The notes below the pieces were generated by a model. That model did no database searches. It saw only the letters and a list, made by a program, of their open reading frames with translations, and was not told the DNA's origin. The position numbers were made by a program, and so were the translations under genes. Positions 49,831 through 62,990 of a stretch of DNA of 64,000 bases are shown here, in pieces. The stretch comes from Lama guanicoe (taxonomy: Eukaryota), in NCBI GenBank assembly GCA_013239625.1, contig MU054400.1:2578282-2642281 (forward strand), in the 5' to 3' direction. Every line of letters begins with the position of its first letter. The stretch's first letter is position 1.

Positions 49831-52800
49831 AAAGCTATTGACTAATGATGACCCTACATACACTCTCCTAGGTTTTATTGTTGCATTAATGATGGAAATG
49901 GGCAGCGTTTTTATACTTTTTAAGCAACAGGCCTTAAATGGAAAACACAAAACAAAGTTTACTCTAAGACTGAATAAAATTATTCTTAGATTTATCCATG
50001 AACACTTTGGCAAGCATAGTTTAACATGAGTATAACTACGTTTCACTAAATAAAAATCGAGGGCACTTTTGCCTCTTGTAAGAAGTTTCATGCACATGCC
50101 AGAGGACAGAGCTTTGCATGTATGTTTGTTTCATAATCTGTAAGAATTATGGCTGTCTGCCAACTAAGTCTTTGCTTTGTGATTGTATGTTATTTGTTAT
50201 CAGTGAAGTTGTTAGCATTGCAACTTTATATATGCATCTGTATAGTGTTCTGGAGAAGATTCGGTTGAGCCATTATAACTGGTGAATAAACACTTTACAA
50301 GGCTAGACACATCTTATCACAGAGCTGAATTCCTTGGGAACTTAAGTAAATCAAAAGATTACAGCTTGTAGAACAGCTAAAGCCAGAAGCAGTATCACTT
50401 AAACTAACAGAGTTTTGTGTCTAACACGTAAATCAGAAGTCCCCAGACAGCAGAGGTAAATAATTCTTCGCCTACTTCATCTTATCGATTCCTTTGCTTT
50501 TTTTTTTTCCTGGATTGTTTTTTTACTCCAAAGATTCATTGCAAATATTAAAAAATATTTTTTTTCTTGGATTTACCCACATTGAAATAAATTGTTGGGA
50601 CTAAGACCTGAGTTTTACCTAAATAATAAAAACTGACTTGAGCAGTTGCCTTTGTACTACCTACCAGTCTATTTAAACCATTGACACGAACATAAGTGAC
50701 TCTAAATGTATATCTTCTTACCAATCATCTGAACCATCCAGGCTCTAGGGGATTAAATATTCCAGAAGTGGCACATTGTATAATAGCCACTGGGGTTTTT
50801 ATTGCCACTCCAACATGATCAATTCACGGTTGTCACCTTGCATAAGTTGATCAACCTACTATGTACGTGCAATCTTGTAATTACATTTCTCTTGGATGAG
50901 GATGCATTAACTGTGGCTGTAATATGGGAACCCCTTTCAGCTTTCATTAGTTCAATATAAATCCAAGCGTGCAGATTCAGCAGGATTGTCTATCGTGGCT
51001 TAATTGGAATTGCTGGTCAGACGCATTGATTCTGTTTCACTCAGGTAAAGATGAAAGTTGCTGCAACAGTGGATACTGCGTTTGAAGGTCATTGAGTTGT
51101 AGTCAGGCAAGGGGAGCAGGAGAGGAAGAGACACACAAAGTAATGGATTTTTCTTTAATATCTGGGAAACCTTGAGTGATAGTATCAACTGACCTTGAAA
51201 TTGCATACTTTTGTGACTCATGGCGTTTGTGTTTGTGTTCCAGAGAAATGTAACGATGTTTTTAAAGAGAGATTAATACAGTCAATTTAAATCTCTGGGA
51301 AGCTTTCACCTGACATGATTTATTTGTGGACATTATGATAACACGTAAAATTAAGCGCCTAGTCAATTTCAGGTGAGTCTGACATAAAAAGTAAAATCAC
51401 TCTTTCATTAGCTTTCTCTTGATCTCAGGTTTCTATCTAAGGGGATGTTAGCTCTAAATTCTTCATTTCTAAGCACTGCCCTGAGCTGTCCTCCCCTGCA
51501 CGGTCTCAGGAAATGGCTCCTCATGCCCCCAACCCTGCAGCCCGGCCGAAGCATTGGATTCTTACCCTTTGCACAGTTCAGATACACCCATTTGAGCACA
51601 CGCTCGGTGGAACGCCAACTTAAAGTACCAAATTTATGTTAGTTATTTCAGGAAGAGAATATCAGCTGTTTCAAATTCTAGACTCCAGCCTGGGCTAAAC
51701 GAGAACTGTCATGTCGTCTATGGTGTATTCATTTTTCCTCAAAAATAACATCAGTCTGGGAGGAACATAGTGAGTGTCCAACAATGTAGAATCAAGGTCT
51801 ATAAACAGGAAGAGGAAGACCAAAGCGTCAGATTACAAACATTTCCCAGAACCCTCAGCTGGCAGACAGCTCTCTATGCAGTGAGTCTTTTCTTTCCTTT
51901 CTGCCCCATACATACATTAATGCCGATCTTAGAAGCTCATTGTCACACCCTTTGTGGCAGAGAACCATATAATTAGAGGGTTCCCATTGCTAAGGCATTT
52001 GAAAAGACCAGGAGAAATTAGCTTTAGCATAACTAGTCTCTGCCACTCCTTCTGACCTCAAGGGCAACGTGTGCATCTTACATCTGTCCTCTAGGGGCTG
52101 GCTTGTGCTTGCTCCCTTCTCTTTGGCAGTGACTTTAAATAACCAAGTTCTTATTATAATCTTTGGATTTAAAATTAAGTTCTGATGGTTTCTTCTCAGG
52201 GCACACCTAGGAGGCCCTGTTTATCCCCAGCCAAATCAGCTGCTTCCCCAAGTGACCCATTCTTGGAAATGTTATTATTCCTAATAACCAACTCAAATAT
52301 ATATTTTCATTTAATCTTTCCCTTTACCTCCACTTCACATGCGTTGCTGCCTGCCACACAGTTTCCATGAGGATTGGCCTTGATATCATTATGTGAAGGA
52401 TGAATTTGTGTTTGTTTTAATTAAAAAATTACTTCTACTTAGATGTTGACTGAGCTTGGAGTTGTTCTCTATGGCCTGGAGGTTTTAGGGTAAGATTAGT
52501 GTGAGGACGTGTGTGAGAGTGTGTGTGTGTGTGTGTGTTTTGGAAGGGTCTCATGTTCTGTTAAGGAATTCATTGTGTATTTCTTCTCATGGAACACAAA
52601 TTGGTTTAGGCAAGTGGAAACTGAGAAGAGATTCCCAAAGATGTTTTCTGTGCGCAAAGCATAAGCTATCCATCTGGGTACAAAGGGCAAGGATGCATCA
52701 AGATGACCTCTCCTGGCCCCTGTGACCAACATGCAGGAGTCTAGGAGATGCATTCGAAGGAAAAAACAAACAAACAAAAACCAAAAGGCAAGACTGCAGC

Positions 52801-54208
52801 TTCCACCGGGGAACTTCCATAAACTACAGGAACAGACAGAGATATTCTGTAGTACTTTATAACAATAGGTCCTTTGGTGCCGAACACAGCTTTTATTGCT
52901 CCTGTTTTATGTCCTACAAATAGTAGCAGACATTCTCCTTTTCTGTCCAGCACAGAAAGCCCCTGGCCCAGACAAGAAGCAACTCTGCACTGCTTTTCAG
53001 ACATCATTCTCCCTCTCAACTATAGAAACTCTTTGGTTTCTATTATATTTCTGGCCTTTCACATTCCCGATGGTTCATTTGATGAAACCCAGTTGCCAGG
53101 TGTATGAATGTGGTTGAAAAGACCCACGCAGGACCAGCGACACCTTCCCACAGCATGGGATGGTCCCCTCCCGAGATGCCCAACTGCCAGCAGGACTGGT
53201 ACTGAGTTGTTTTCCCAACTGAGGGTCATATGACCCTCTAGTGCTTTTTGTCCTGGTCCCTTTTTAAGTAACCGCACATATTGCGTGCTCTCTGGCCAGC
53301 GTCCCTGACTGAGGGCAGAGTTCTCCTGTGTAGACTTTTCCACAATCGACATTGGCTCTGAGCTTTAGGAATGGACCAAGGACGGCCACCATTTTTCCTG
53401 TTTACAATGCGATTGTCCAGGCATGAACTTCAGAAAACATGTGTGGGATTCTGGAATAGGCTGGGCAGCTTTGTAGCCCATTCTCTGGTCCTGGACCAGA
53501 CGCCAAGCACTGCATCCTGTCCGCTCCTGTAATAGCCGTTTCGTTGTTTGCTCAGCAATTCTGCTGCGTCTGCAGATTGCCTTGTCTGAGAAGCAGCCCT
53601 GAGAAGTTGAGGATGGTGACAATCTTTAAAGAAACATGGAAGTCAATGGTAGAGGCGGATGACTGCGAGACCTTTTATTTTGCTTAAAAACCAGAGAAAC
53701 ATCAAGCTATAATGATGCAGATTCAGCAGTTTTAAGAACAGAACTTCTTGTAAGTTCAAAGTACCATATAAACTATACCATGTATCAGTTCTTTCAAGGG
53801 CAGCAGAATTTTAACTGAATCTGCTTGGAAAAATGCATATTTGGTGAAGAAAAAAATACTCTGAGTTTTAGGAGCACTGATACTCATTCACATAAAACAT
53901 GGAAAGTCAGAAAGATTGATCTTGACGTGTATCACAGTCCTGGTCAGGACCGGAGAGATGGCATCTCAGGGTCTTTACAGCTCTCTGATCTATGCAGAAG
54001 TGAACATGATTTTTAGGCTATTCTTCCTTATTTCTTGTTTTAGAGTATTCCTCATCTCTTCTTTAGACCCAGGAGAAGGTTTCCTGTGGGAGATAGTTAT
54101 AGAAAATTACGTAACAGATGAGTACCCTAAGAAGGGATTTGGAAGAAGAGACAGGAAAGCTGACACTGTCTTGTGAGCCAGAAAAATCATGGGAACTTGT
54201 ACAGGTTA

Positions 54209-54603
54209 CAGGTATCCCCCACTTCTCGAAAGTTTGCTTTGTGCCGCTTCGCTTTTACAAAAGACTTAACATTAGTGCCTTTTTTCTCTGCAGAGGATTT
54301 TCACTTTTACAAAAAAAAAAGCAAAAAGTGAAAATAACGTTCAGCATTTGTTTCGCTGAGTGGTTACAGAGGCAGCGTGCACCCCCAGCGGTCAGCGCGG
54401 CACCGCCAAGCTCCTTCCCCGGGAACTACGCTCGGCATCGCTTTGAACCGTGTCTGTGAGCATCTATGCCGGTCTCAATTATTTTGTGCCTCCATTAGCA
54501 AGGCAGGTCCTAAGGTAATTGCTTCTTTGCTTTGCATCATTTTGGCTTCAGAAATGTTTTGTGCGAATGCTCTGCTTTCGGACAGTGCATACCCCTGCAC
54601 CTG
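54209..54603. mobile_element. TcMar-Tigger MITE (Tigger9-like)
   Basis: TA|CAGGTATCCCCCACTTCTCGAAAGT start; reciprocal end CTTTCGGACAGTG...CCTG; retains CpGs. Confidence 0.65.
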
Positions 54604-56219
54604 TGCACTAAGCACCTACCAGGGTTTCACCTCACTCTTCCCCCGACCCCTGCGAAGCAAAGCATATCATTGCAGATGTGGAACTAGGACTTCAAGAGGT
54701 GAGTAAATGGCAGAGCTTGGATGAACCAAAGAGCCACCCTCCAGCAACCTCACTTGGGCTACTGTCCTGCGCTAGTGTGTGGCTGAAGGTTGGTGCCTTG
54801 ACTTTGTGGATGACCCACTTGAATCTCCCACAGCAAGAGGAACTTAGTAAGAAGGTAGATGCTAACTTTATGGCCTTGAATTAAATATACTGTAGTACTT
54901 GGACAGAAATTACGCCCTCCTGCTTCTTTTTTTTTTTTTTTAAATAATTGGAGGGGAGAATGGAGAAGAGAAGATGATTGGGCACCTTTGATGCTAAAAC
55001 AGGACATTAAAATGGGCATTCTGGCTGAAATCCTATGACGATGGATATAAGACACCAAGTGAGGCACCAGACCAAGATGAGCACATTCAAAGCAGGTAGC
55101 TGAGAACTGGCTGGGATTCCCCTTCCCCCACATGGAGTGGCGATGAAGGGGAAGGATTTTATTTTTGATATGCTACAAGTCCCTGTGCCACCCCCCAACC
55201 ACCACCACGAGAAAGGGGTGAGAGGTGGCTCTCCTTCACCCTAAAACAAATGGAGGGGTTTTGATCCCACTCAGTGAGCTTGATGTCAGTCCTACTAGCT
55301 GGGTGGACAAGGGTCTGAGTTGCACCTGAAGAAACATAAAGCTGGCTTCCTGCTCTGGTGGTGGGAGAGAAGGAGGGGCTGCTACGGCCCTGGGCATGTC
55401 CTCTCAGCATCTGTGGAAGCAATGGATGCATGAGCGGCCCCAGGGCCAGATGCAGCCACACCACTCAGAAAGGCTTGGCATTTCAGACCCTGTCCCAGAG
55501 AGGCCATTAGAAAAAGGGACAGATTCACATGATGGTCACACGTGTTTACTCACCTAGTGACAGTTCAAGTGGTACACTTATATGTATGTTATATTCAATA
55601 AAAACTGCTTTTAAGAAAAAAGTGAAGAAGCCTCATCAGAGAGAGTTTTGGAGCATTGCTGGATTCCACCAGGCGGCAGAAAGAGTAAGCAAAAAGTTGG
55701 AGGAGAACACATCAGTGACACTAATGGAATTTCAGGTTAGTGGTCCTCAGCAACGAGAGAAATTTCAAAAGAGCTCGTGGAATGTCTCTAGGAGGGAGAG
55801 CCAGCTTGGAACACTGGCAGGGTCTGGAGAGCCCTCAACCTGCTCTCAACAGCTCACACCTCCCTCCCTGCTTGCTCTCCAGCACTGGAGGAATCAGAAA
55901 CCTGGGGATAGCAAGTTAGGCAAGAGTGACTGGGAGAAAAAGGGGAATGTGACAGCACCACCCCCTTCCCTGACTGTGGCTCGCCCCCCTCTCCACAGCA
56001 GATCTAGCTAAAGAGGGGTAAGTTCTCCAAACTTTGAATGAAGTTGGAAGATTTTACTGATATGTGTATTTGGAATTTTAAGTACAAATTGAAACCGTGT
56101 TTTGGGATACAAATGATTGAGATTTTCTAAAACATTAGAGTGACCAAAAAGTCAGGTTTTCTTCAAGGGACAGGAAAAAACCAACCTGGTCTTCCTGCAA
56201 GAGGTAAAAGACATGGGAG

Positions 56220-56364
56220 TAATGAGCTGTAATGGGAAAGAGTCTGAAAAAAATTATATGTGTATATATATGTATGTGTAGAACTGAATCGCTTTGCTGT
56301 ATACCTGAAACTAACATTGTAAATTGACTACACTTCAATAAAAAAAAAAAGAATTAAAATTTAC
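56220..56364 (+). mobile_element. Short L1 3' end with TSD
   Basis: ACTGAATCGCTTTGCTGTATACCTGAAACTAACATTGTAAATTGACTACACTTCAATAAAA; TSD AAAAGACA(A)TGGGAG at 56206-56219 and 56365-56379. Confidence 0.92.
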
Positions 56365-56516
56365 AAAAGACAATGGGAGAAGAAAATACGCTCCTTTATT
56401 CTTATACCCAAGATACCCATTTGTTCAGTTTACTGATTGTAGTACGGTAGTTTACAAGGAAGGCTCTGTGCTATTACTCTAGGGTAGTAGACAGCAGAAG
56501 CTGGTAACTGTAAATG

Positions 56517-57187
56517 CAAGGCTATCCAACAGAAATATAACGCAAATCGTGTATGTGACTTAAAATTTTCTGGTAGCCATATTGAAGAAGTCAAATAAAC
56601 AGGTGAAATTCATTTTAAAAATATATTTTTGCTTAGCCTAATATATCTAAAATGTTATCAGTTCAATGTGTAATTAATATTAAAAAGTTTAATGAGATAT
56701 TTCACATTCCTTTCTAATTTTTTAATTAATTTAAAATTTTTACTTTGTATTACTACTGTAGATTGTTTATTAATTATGTCTGTTGACAGAATGAAGCAAA
56801 AAGGTAGAAATTCACATAATTTCATAGCCTCACTAGCAAGTAATGAAATAAATTAAAACACAGGTAAAACTCCATTACATCTCTATTAAATCAGAAAAAT
56901 CTTTAAAATGACAAACATTGCTTCAAACAAGAAACATTTAAAAATCTTTCCAAACGATCATATGGCCAACTACTGCAAGTGTTATCAAAATAGTTCACAT
57001 TCTAGAACCATTTTAGGAAAAACAGTAGAAGAAATATGTGTATGGGAAGGTGATGGAAATATACTTACACTTACTTTTTGAAATCCGGGTATATTTTGCA
57101 TGTTTAGCACATCTCAATTTGGAGTAGCCCCACTTAAAATGCTCAGTAGTCACATGTGGCTAGCGGCTGCCAAATCTGACCATGCAG
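56517..57187. mobile_element. MER33-type hAT-Charlie element split by a ~360-bp insertion
   Basis: Both halves align collinearly with the uninterrupted copy at 58798-59119. Confidence 0.85.
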
Positions 57188-57975
57188 TTACAGCATCTCT
57201 GATGAGGTGGAAAATGATCTCAGACAATGCTAGGACTCCAGGCTTGACGGAGGAAGAGGTGGAAGCAGTGTCTCCAAAGTGAGCAAGAGGATGATTTAAG
57301 ATTCTGCTTTCACTTATTTTAGGTTTGATGAGATGGATATTGGGCAGAGAAGTAATGGGAGGTGGAGGAGAGGCTGAAAGAGTCCTGCTTGGGCTGTGAC
57401 GCCACCATCCACATTGTCATCGGAAACTGATCTGAACCAGCCAGTAAGAGAGGACGTTGAGAGAAGGCCTGATCCCAGGAAGTAAAAATAAATTCAGCTC
57501 ACTTTTCTGAAGTAATAACTACTGAGTTGAAGTGTACACTTCAAAATAAGCATAATGTGCTCCTGTTACTGGTCTTTGCACAAACGGGCATGCTTGTCTG
57601 AAATAAGAAGTGTCCAGCACTGTGCTTAGCCCTATCCGTGAGGTAAGTACTGCTTTGGTTGAGGAGGAAAGTGGCAAATAAGAGGGACCAAACAATCAAC
57701 TTTCTGCTATAGAATGTTATCACTGAGGGGACCCTGGAAACTACTGTGTACAAAAGTCCCCCTTCCCAGATGAGGGATCTGTGCTGCAGGGAGGAGAAGC
57801 AAGTTGCTCAAAGGCACACACATAACCAGAGAGAGGTCCTTGGGTTCTAAATCCAGTGTCATATCATATCATGACATCATGAGCACCACGATGGATGCCC
57901 TGTCTCTTCCAGGAACCTGCTGGAGAGCAGGAATGAGGATGAGCTGTTTTGTTTTCTTTTAAGATGTAAAGCCTT

Positions 57976-58297
57976 AAAAAAAAAAGGCTTAAAAAAGGTG
58001 CGGGTGGGTAAAATAGATGAAGTGGATTAAAAAGTACGAACTTCTAGCTATAAAATAAATAAATCCTGCGGATGTATGTACAGCATGGTGACTAGTTAAC
58101 AATAATGTATTGTACATTTGAAAGCTGCTAAGAGATCGTACCAACTTTCGTCACAAGGAACAAATTTGTGACTTTGTGTGGTGATGGACAGTAACATTGA
58201 CTTCTTATAGTGATCATTTTGCAGCATATACAAATATCAAATCATTGTGTTGCACATCTGCAACTAATATAATATTATTTGTCAATTATATATAAAA
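57976..58297 (+). mobile_element. L1MA-type 3' end with eroded TSD
   Basis: GTACAGCATGGTGACTAGTTAACAATAATGTATTGTACATTTGAAAGCTGCTAAGAGA; TSD AAGATGTAAAGCCTT / AGGACATAAAGCCTT. Confidence 0.88.
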
Positions 58298-58797
58298 AGG
58301 ACATAAAGCCTTTTATTTTAGGAAAGAGAAAGTTCTTCTTGCGATGGTGACGTGGCTGCAAGTGATGCCGTGATGGTCAGTCACATGGAAGCCAGAACTA
58401 TGGGATGTCTCTGATGAGAAGATGGGGCAGAGGACCAGAGCAGGACCCAAGGTACAGGAATGAAGGGTGGTGTGGCCAGGAGAAGAGCAGCGGGAGAGAA
58501 AGAAGGGGAGGTCAAAGGACTTGGAGGATGACAACACTGACTGACCATCTGTGCGGGCAATGAGAAATTGGAACAATGTTCATTTTGGTGGACGGGTAAA
58601 GGAAATATAGGAGAAAAATGCAGGGGATGCAGGATAACCTTAATAATATAAGGAGCTAGACTAAGGGAAAGTCAAAAAGAAAAAGAAAGCAACATAATTG
58701 GCTTGGGATAGATGTCTGAAAGTCACCAAAAATTATTTAGAACTTTTGTGTTTTTGGTGGCCATTTTGAATGTAAGGAATTCAGAAAGCTTGTAAAC

Positions 58798-59119
58798 CAG
58801 TGCCATCCAATAGAAATATAACGCAAGCCACATGTGTCATTTAAAGTTTTCTGGTAGCTACATTCAAAAAATATAAACAGGTGAAGTTAATTTTGATGAT
58901 ACATTTTATTTAAAACAAGATGTCTAAAATATTAACATTTCAACAAGTAATCAATATAAAAGCATTAATGAGAGGGTCCACATTCCTTTTCTCATACTAA
59001 AGTATGCCTTCAAATCTGGTGTGCATTTGGCACTTCTGTTCATCTCAATTAGGACTGGCCACATTACAAGCACTCAACAGCCACATGTGGTTGGTGGCAT
59101 ATTATATTGGATAGTGTAG
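58798..59119. mobile_element. MER33-type hAT-Charlie element, uninterrupted
   Basis: CCAATAGAAATATAACGCAAGCCACAT...TTTTCTGGTAGC...CAGCCACATGTGGTTGGTGGC...ATTGGATAGTG. Confidence 0.88.
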
Positions 59120-61614
59120 TTCTGGACAACTTCCTTCTGAATCATCACAGCTTTGCCCTTTATTTAATAAACTTGTAAAAATGTAAAAAATGTATGTTTT
59201 TTTAATGAAATTTCAAAACCAGCCAAATTAAAAAAAATTACTCAGAGATATAAGAGTGTGATCGAATTAGAACAAAATGCAAGGGGATGATTATTACAAA
59301 AGTAAGGATAATAGTTCCTTTATTCCATGGGAAATACTTGATAATAGAATTAGAAAAAAAAGTAAAGGAGAAGAAAATGAAAATCCCCCCAAATTCCATC
59401 AATTAGAGATGACCACTGCTAACTTTTTTTGCACCTTTTTTAAGAAGGTGGAATTGAATGATGGACATGCTGCTGCTCTGTGGGCCTTGGTCATTGCTCC
59501 TGAGTGAAGTTTCCAAAGTCAAGCTTGTGACTACAGAAAGGCTCTGACAACAGGCAGAGGGAACGCTTGGACCATCAGAGGAAGGCAGACGATGTTGGAC
59601 CACCGGCCAAGTCCAGTGATGCCTGTTCCCACGGGAGAACACCCTAAGAGAAGAGAGAGCAATTAAGGACATTGACTTTTTCTTTTTTCTTTTTTTTCTC
59701 TTCAAGTCATGAACTTAACCAATTTACTGGAATTTTAAAAGAATTTACTTGAAACAACAACAAGAATAACACGCCGATAACCTCACAACCCATTAGGTAC
59801 TCAGGCTTTCTGGAAGGGCAGCTATGTAAGTACACCCTCTGGGTCCAATTTGCATTGTCATCTTGGATGGGAAGAACATGGGGATGACAAGTTAGATTGA
59901 AGAGCTGCTAAAAGCCAGAAAAACAACAAGCGTCTAATCCATCAATGGAAAACTGTCAATCCCTTATGTCTTTCTGAGACTTGGTTTGATGATAATTCAA
60001 GCAAAACTTCTGCGTTTTTAACCAGACCTTAATGACAAAGAAAATAAACCATTCAGAGTAAAGGACTCATAAAAAGAACTATGTATCTCATTTTTGGTTC
60101 CACAGAGAGTAAATTTGGGTAATATAGTTTACTTAGAAGAAGAGGAACTCTGAACAAGGAGATGATGTAGCTGCATATGTGAAACCTGGCCAGTGAGTTT
60201 TGGAGGTGAAATTACCTTGGTTAATGACGATGCTCTGGCCTTGGGTCGGAACATGTATTGCAGATGACAAAAACTCCCGGGCAGCCCGCCCTGCTCAGTC
60301 ATCAAGGGTTTGTCTCTGCATCGCTGGTCTCCTAGGCTAAGCGAGCTGTCTCAAAGCTGGGGGTTTCCAGGGCTTTCCTCTCTCCCTGCGGAGAACTGGG
60401 AACCCCCATAAAGTCTAAATGGCAGCTAGAAGTTGTCAGCTGCATCAGGGAAAGCCTCAGAGAAACGTAATGTGTAAAAGGCACCGCAGCATGGAAACCC
60501 GCGGGTCCTCTCTGATTCCCGGCTCCAGCGCTGCGGGAGCCCTGCTGTTCTGCCATAAAAACAACTCGAAACAGCAAGCCTGGGGATGCAGACGCGCGTC
60601 GCCAACTCACAGCAGTCCCAGCGGCGCCGGCTTCTGAGATCTCGGGAAATGTTTCTTGCTGAGCAGTTTCGAGTGCTGCCCCGAGTAGATCAGAGAGCGG
60701 CTTTCTTTCCCATTTATCTCAGTACAGCCTTGAGTGCATAGCTGGGCATCGTTAGAGCCTCAGAAATTAGGCCTGCTCAGTCAGGTTTGCTGAAGCCTTG
60801 CTTGTCTTTCCTCCCTCTGCTGCTCATCCCGGCTTCTTTGATTGCTGCCCACGTGGATGGGCTCAAAAGACACATGCATTTGCCTGCTGCAAAGATATTC
60901 CCGGTTCCAGAAAACTGAGCCGAAAGAGCACACGGTGGTGACATGGAAAAGAGCATTGGTGAGGGACACAGAGTTCTGGGTTCTGATCTTGACTGGGTCG
61001 TGACTGATCCAAACGACTTTGCTGAAGCCCTGCCACTTCTCAGGGGCTAGAGAGACTGGGGTGAGCTGGCACTGACGGCTTTAGAACGGGGCCCCAGGCA
61101 GTCCACTCGGGGACTGTGGAAAATGGAGCCAGAGACAAGGAGGGGAAACTTCTGGCATCTTCCACCCATTCCAACTGGGGCAGGTCGTTTTATGTGCCAA
61201 CTGCTTTACATCCCAGAATCCCCTAGAGGTTTGATTTAAAGAAATTTAAAGACAGGCTTACAAGGCTTAGAACATTTCAGAACCACTTAACTAGGTGACC
61301 TACAGAATTCTGATTTTATGATTTTTCCGGTACTTGTTGGATTTTGGACATTTTGCAAAGTGTTTATTGATGGCTGGTACAGCAGATTGCTTATCGACTT
61401 CTGTATTCATCTATAGAGTGTATTAAAGACTAAAAAGAGACATACAATGATTCTTTGTTATTTCTTCTAGAGAGATGGCTATTGCCTTAATGATTGTGGC
61501 ATTGGCTGCCAATTCACTAATCGTTGAAACATATCATTAGAACTCGAGAACTTGGTCCTAGTCATGACTGTGCCACTAACCATGGCCTTGAACACATCTT
61601 TTACTCTCTTGGGA

Positions 61615-61850
61615 GGGAGGCAGCCTACTGCATGATTAGAAGCTTGAGATGTGCAGCCAGACTGCCTGGGTTCAAATCCCAGCCCCATTGCTTTTCAGCT
61701 AAATGGTTTCGGACAAATTATTGTACCTCTGTGTGCTTCAGTTTGTCATCACTAAAATGAAGATAATATTGCCTACTTCATTGGGCTGTCATATGTGTTA
61801 AATATGTTAATTCATACAAAGTGCTTAGATGAGAGCTTGGCATAAATTAC
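61615..61850 (+). mobile_element. MIR
   Basis: GCCAGACTGCCTGGGTTCAAATCCCAGC...CCTCTGTGTGCTTCAGTTTGTCATC...AAAGTGCTTAGA. Confidence 0.85.
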
Positions 61851-62289
61851 ATTCCCAATCCACCTTAGCTTTGATTATCTTTGGGGTCTTTTTTTCCTCG
61901 TGTGTAATATGAAGTGGTTGGTTTGGGTGATGGATAAAGTCATCAACTACTTTATGAGACTGTACACCTGTGGGTTCACTGTTGTATTTCCATGGCCTTG
62001 CACAATGCCTGGCACATAATTGCTTGGTGACTGAATGACTAAGTGTCTGCATTTCTCCTTGGAGGAACTATATAAGAACCTATTTACAGATATTTCTTCT
62101 GCAGAAATGTTGCCTCATGAAATTAAAACTACCCAGTGTTTAGATGAATGACTTAAGAATGTTAACCATTTATGGAGAACTAACTCTTTTGGTCAATGTC
62201 CAGTCTGGAAAATGAATGAACTCAAGATAATTAGTTCACTAGAGGTCACTGAACATGAGGAATGAGTTACAAAAAGGCCAGAACTTGAA

Positions 62290-62625
62290 AGCCAGCAGGG
62301 ATGGTGAGGCAGCCCAGAGAACAGCTGCAACCATGCTGAAGGTGGTGGAGGAAAAATCAAGGAGATGATGCTACAGCCCAGATGCTGAGGACCTGGAAGT
62401 CAGGGCTGTGGAGGGGACAGGATGTCTCGTGGGATAGATGCTCCCAGATTCACAGGCCAAACAGAGAGGAACCTGTCTCCAAACTTCCACCCACTCCTCC
62501 CATTGGCTAAATCCATCTAGGAGCTAACTGGCAAAGGAGGATAAAAATTGTAGTTTGCAGAGGCCACTTCCCTGTGATCCAAAGAGCTGCACACAAGGGT
62601 GGTGAATGGATTTGAGAGCAAACAG
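62290..62625 (-). mobile_element. ERVL LTR33-like relic
   Basis: CTCCCATTGGCTAAATCC...GGCAAAGGAG...AAGGGTGGTGAATGGATTTGAGAGCAAA. Confidence 0.45.
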
Positions 62626-62808
62626 ACCTGTGGGTCAAATTCAGACTGCTGTCTGTTTTTGTCAATAAAGTTTTATTGGAACACAGCCACATCCAGTCAT
62701 TATGCATTGTCTATGCCGTTTTCATGCTACATGGGTAGAGTTGAGTTGTTGGGCCAGGGACCATATGGCCTGCAAAGCTGAAAACATTCATTACCTGGCC
62801 TTTTCAGA
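62626..62808. mobile_element. hAT-Charlie MITE (MER58A-like)
   Basis: TGTTTTTGTCAATAAAGTTTTATTGGAACACAGCCAC...ATATGGCCTGCAAAGCTGAAAA. Confidence 0.88.
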
Positions 62809-62809
62809 T

Positions 62810-62990
62810 TATGTCTAATCTTCACAACCACCTGCCAGGTAAGTATTACTACCCTTCTTTTACAAATGGGGAAACAGGCTCAGAAAACTGAGCCTGACTT
62901 GCCTGAGGATAAGCGGGCCTGGCCTGAGTGAAGCCTGCATTTACCCTCCATTCAGTTTGTTACCAAAAGTCCAAGAGCTTTCATTGCACC
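62810..62990 (-). mobile_element. MIR
   Basis: AATCTTCACAACCACCCTGCCAGGTAAGTATTACTACCC...TTTTACAAATGGGGAAACAGGCTCAGA-like core. Confidence 0.8.

Noticed and set aside
57..58297. Inferring host-gene strand from L1 orientation (most young L1 ends are on the minus strand)
   Set aside because: Too few elements, and most MaLR LTRs point the other way, so the signal is contradictory
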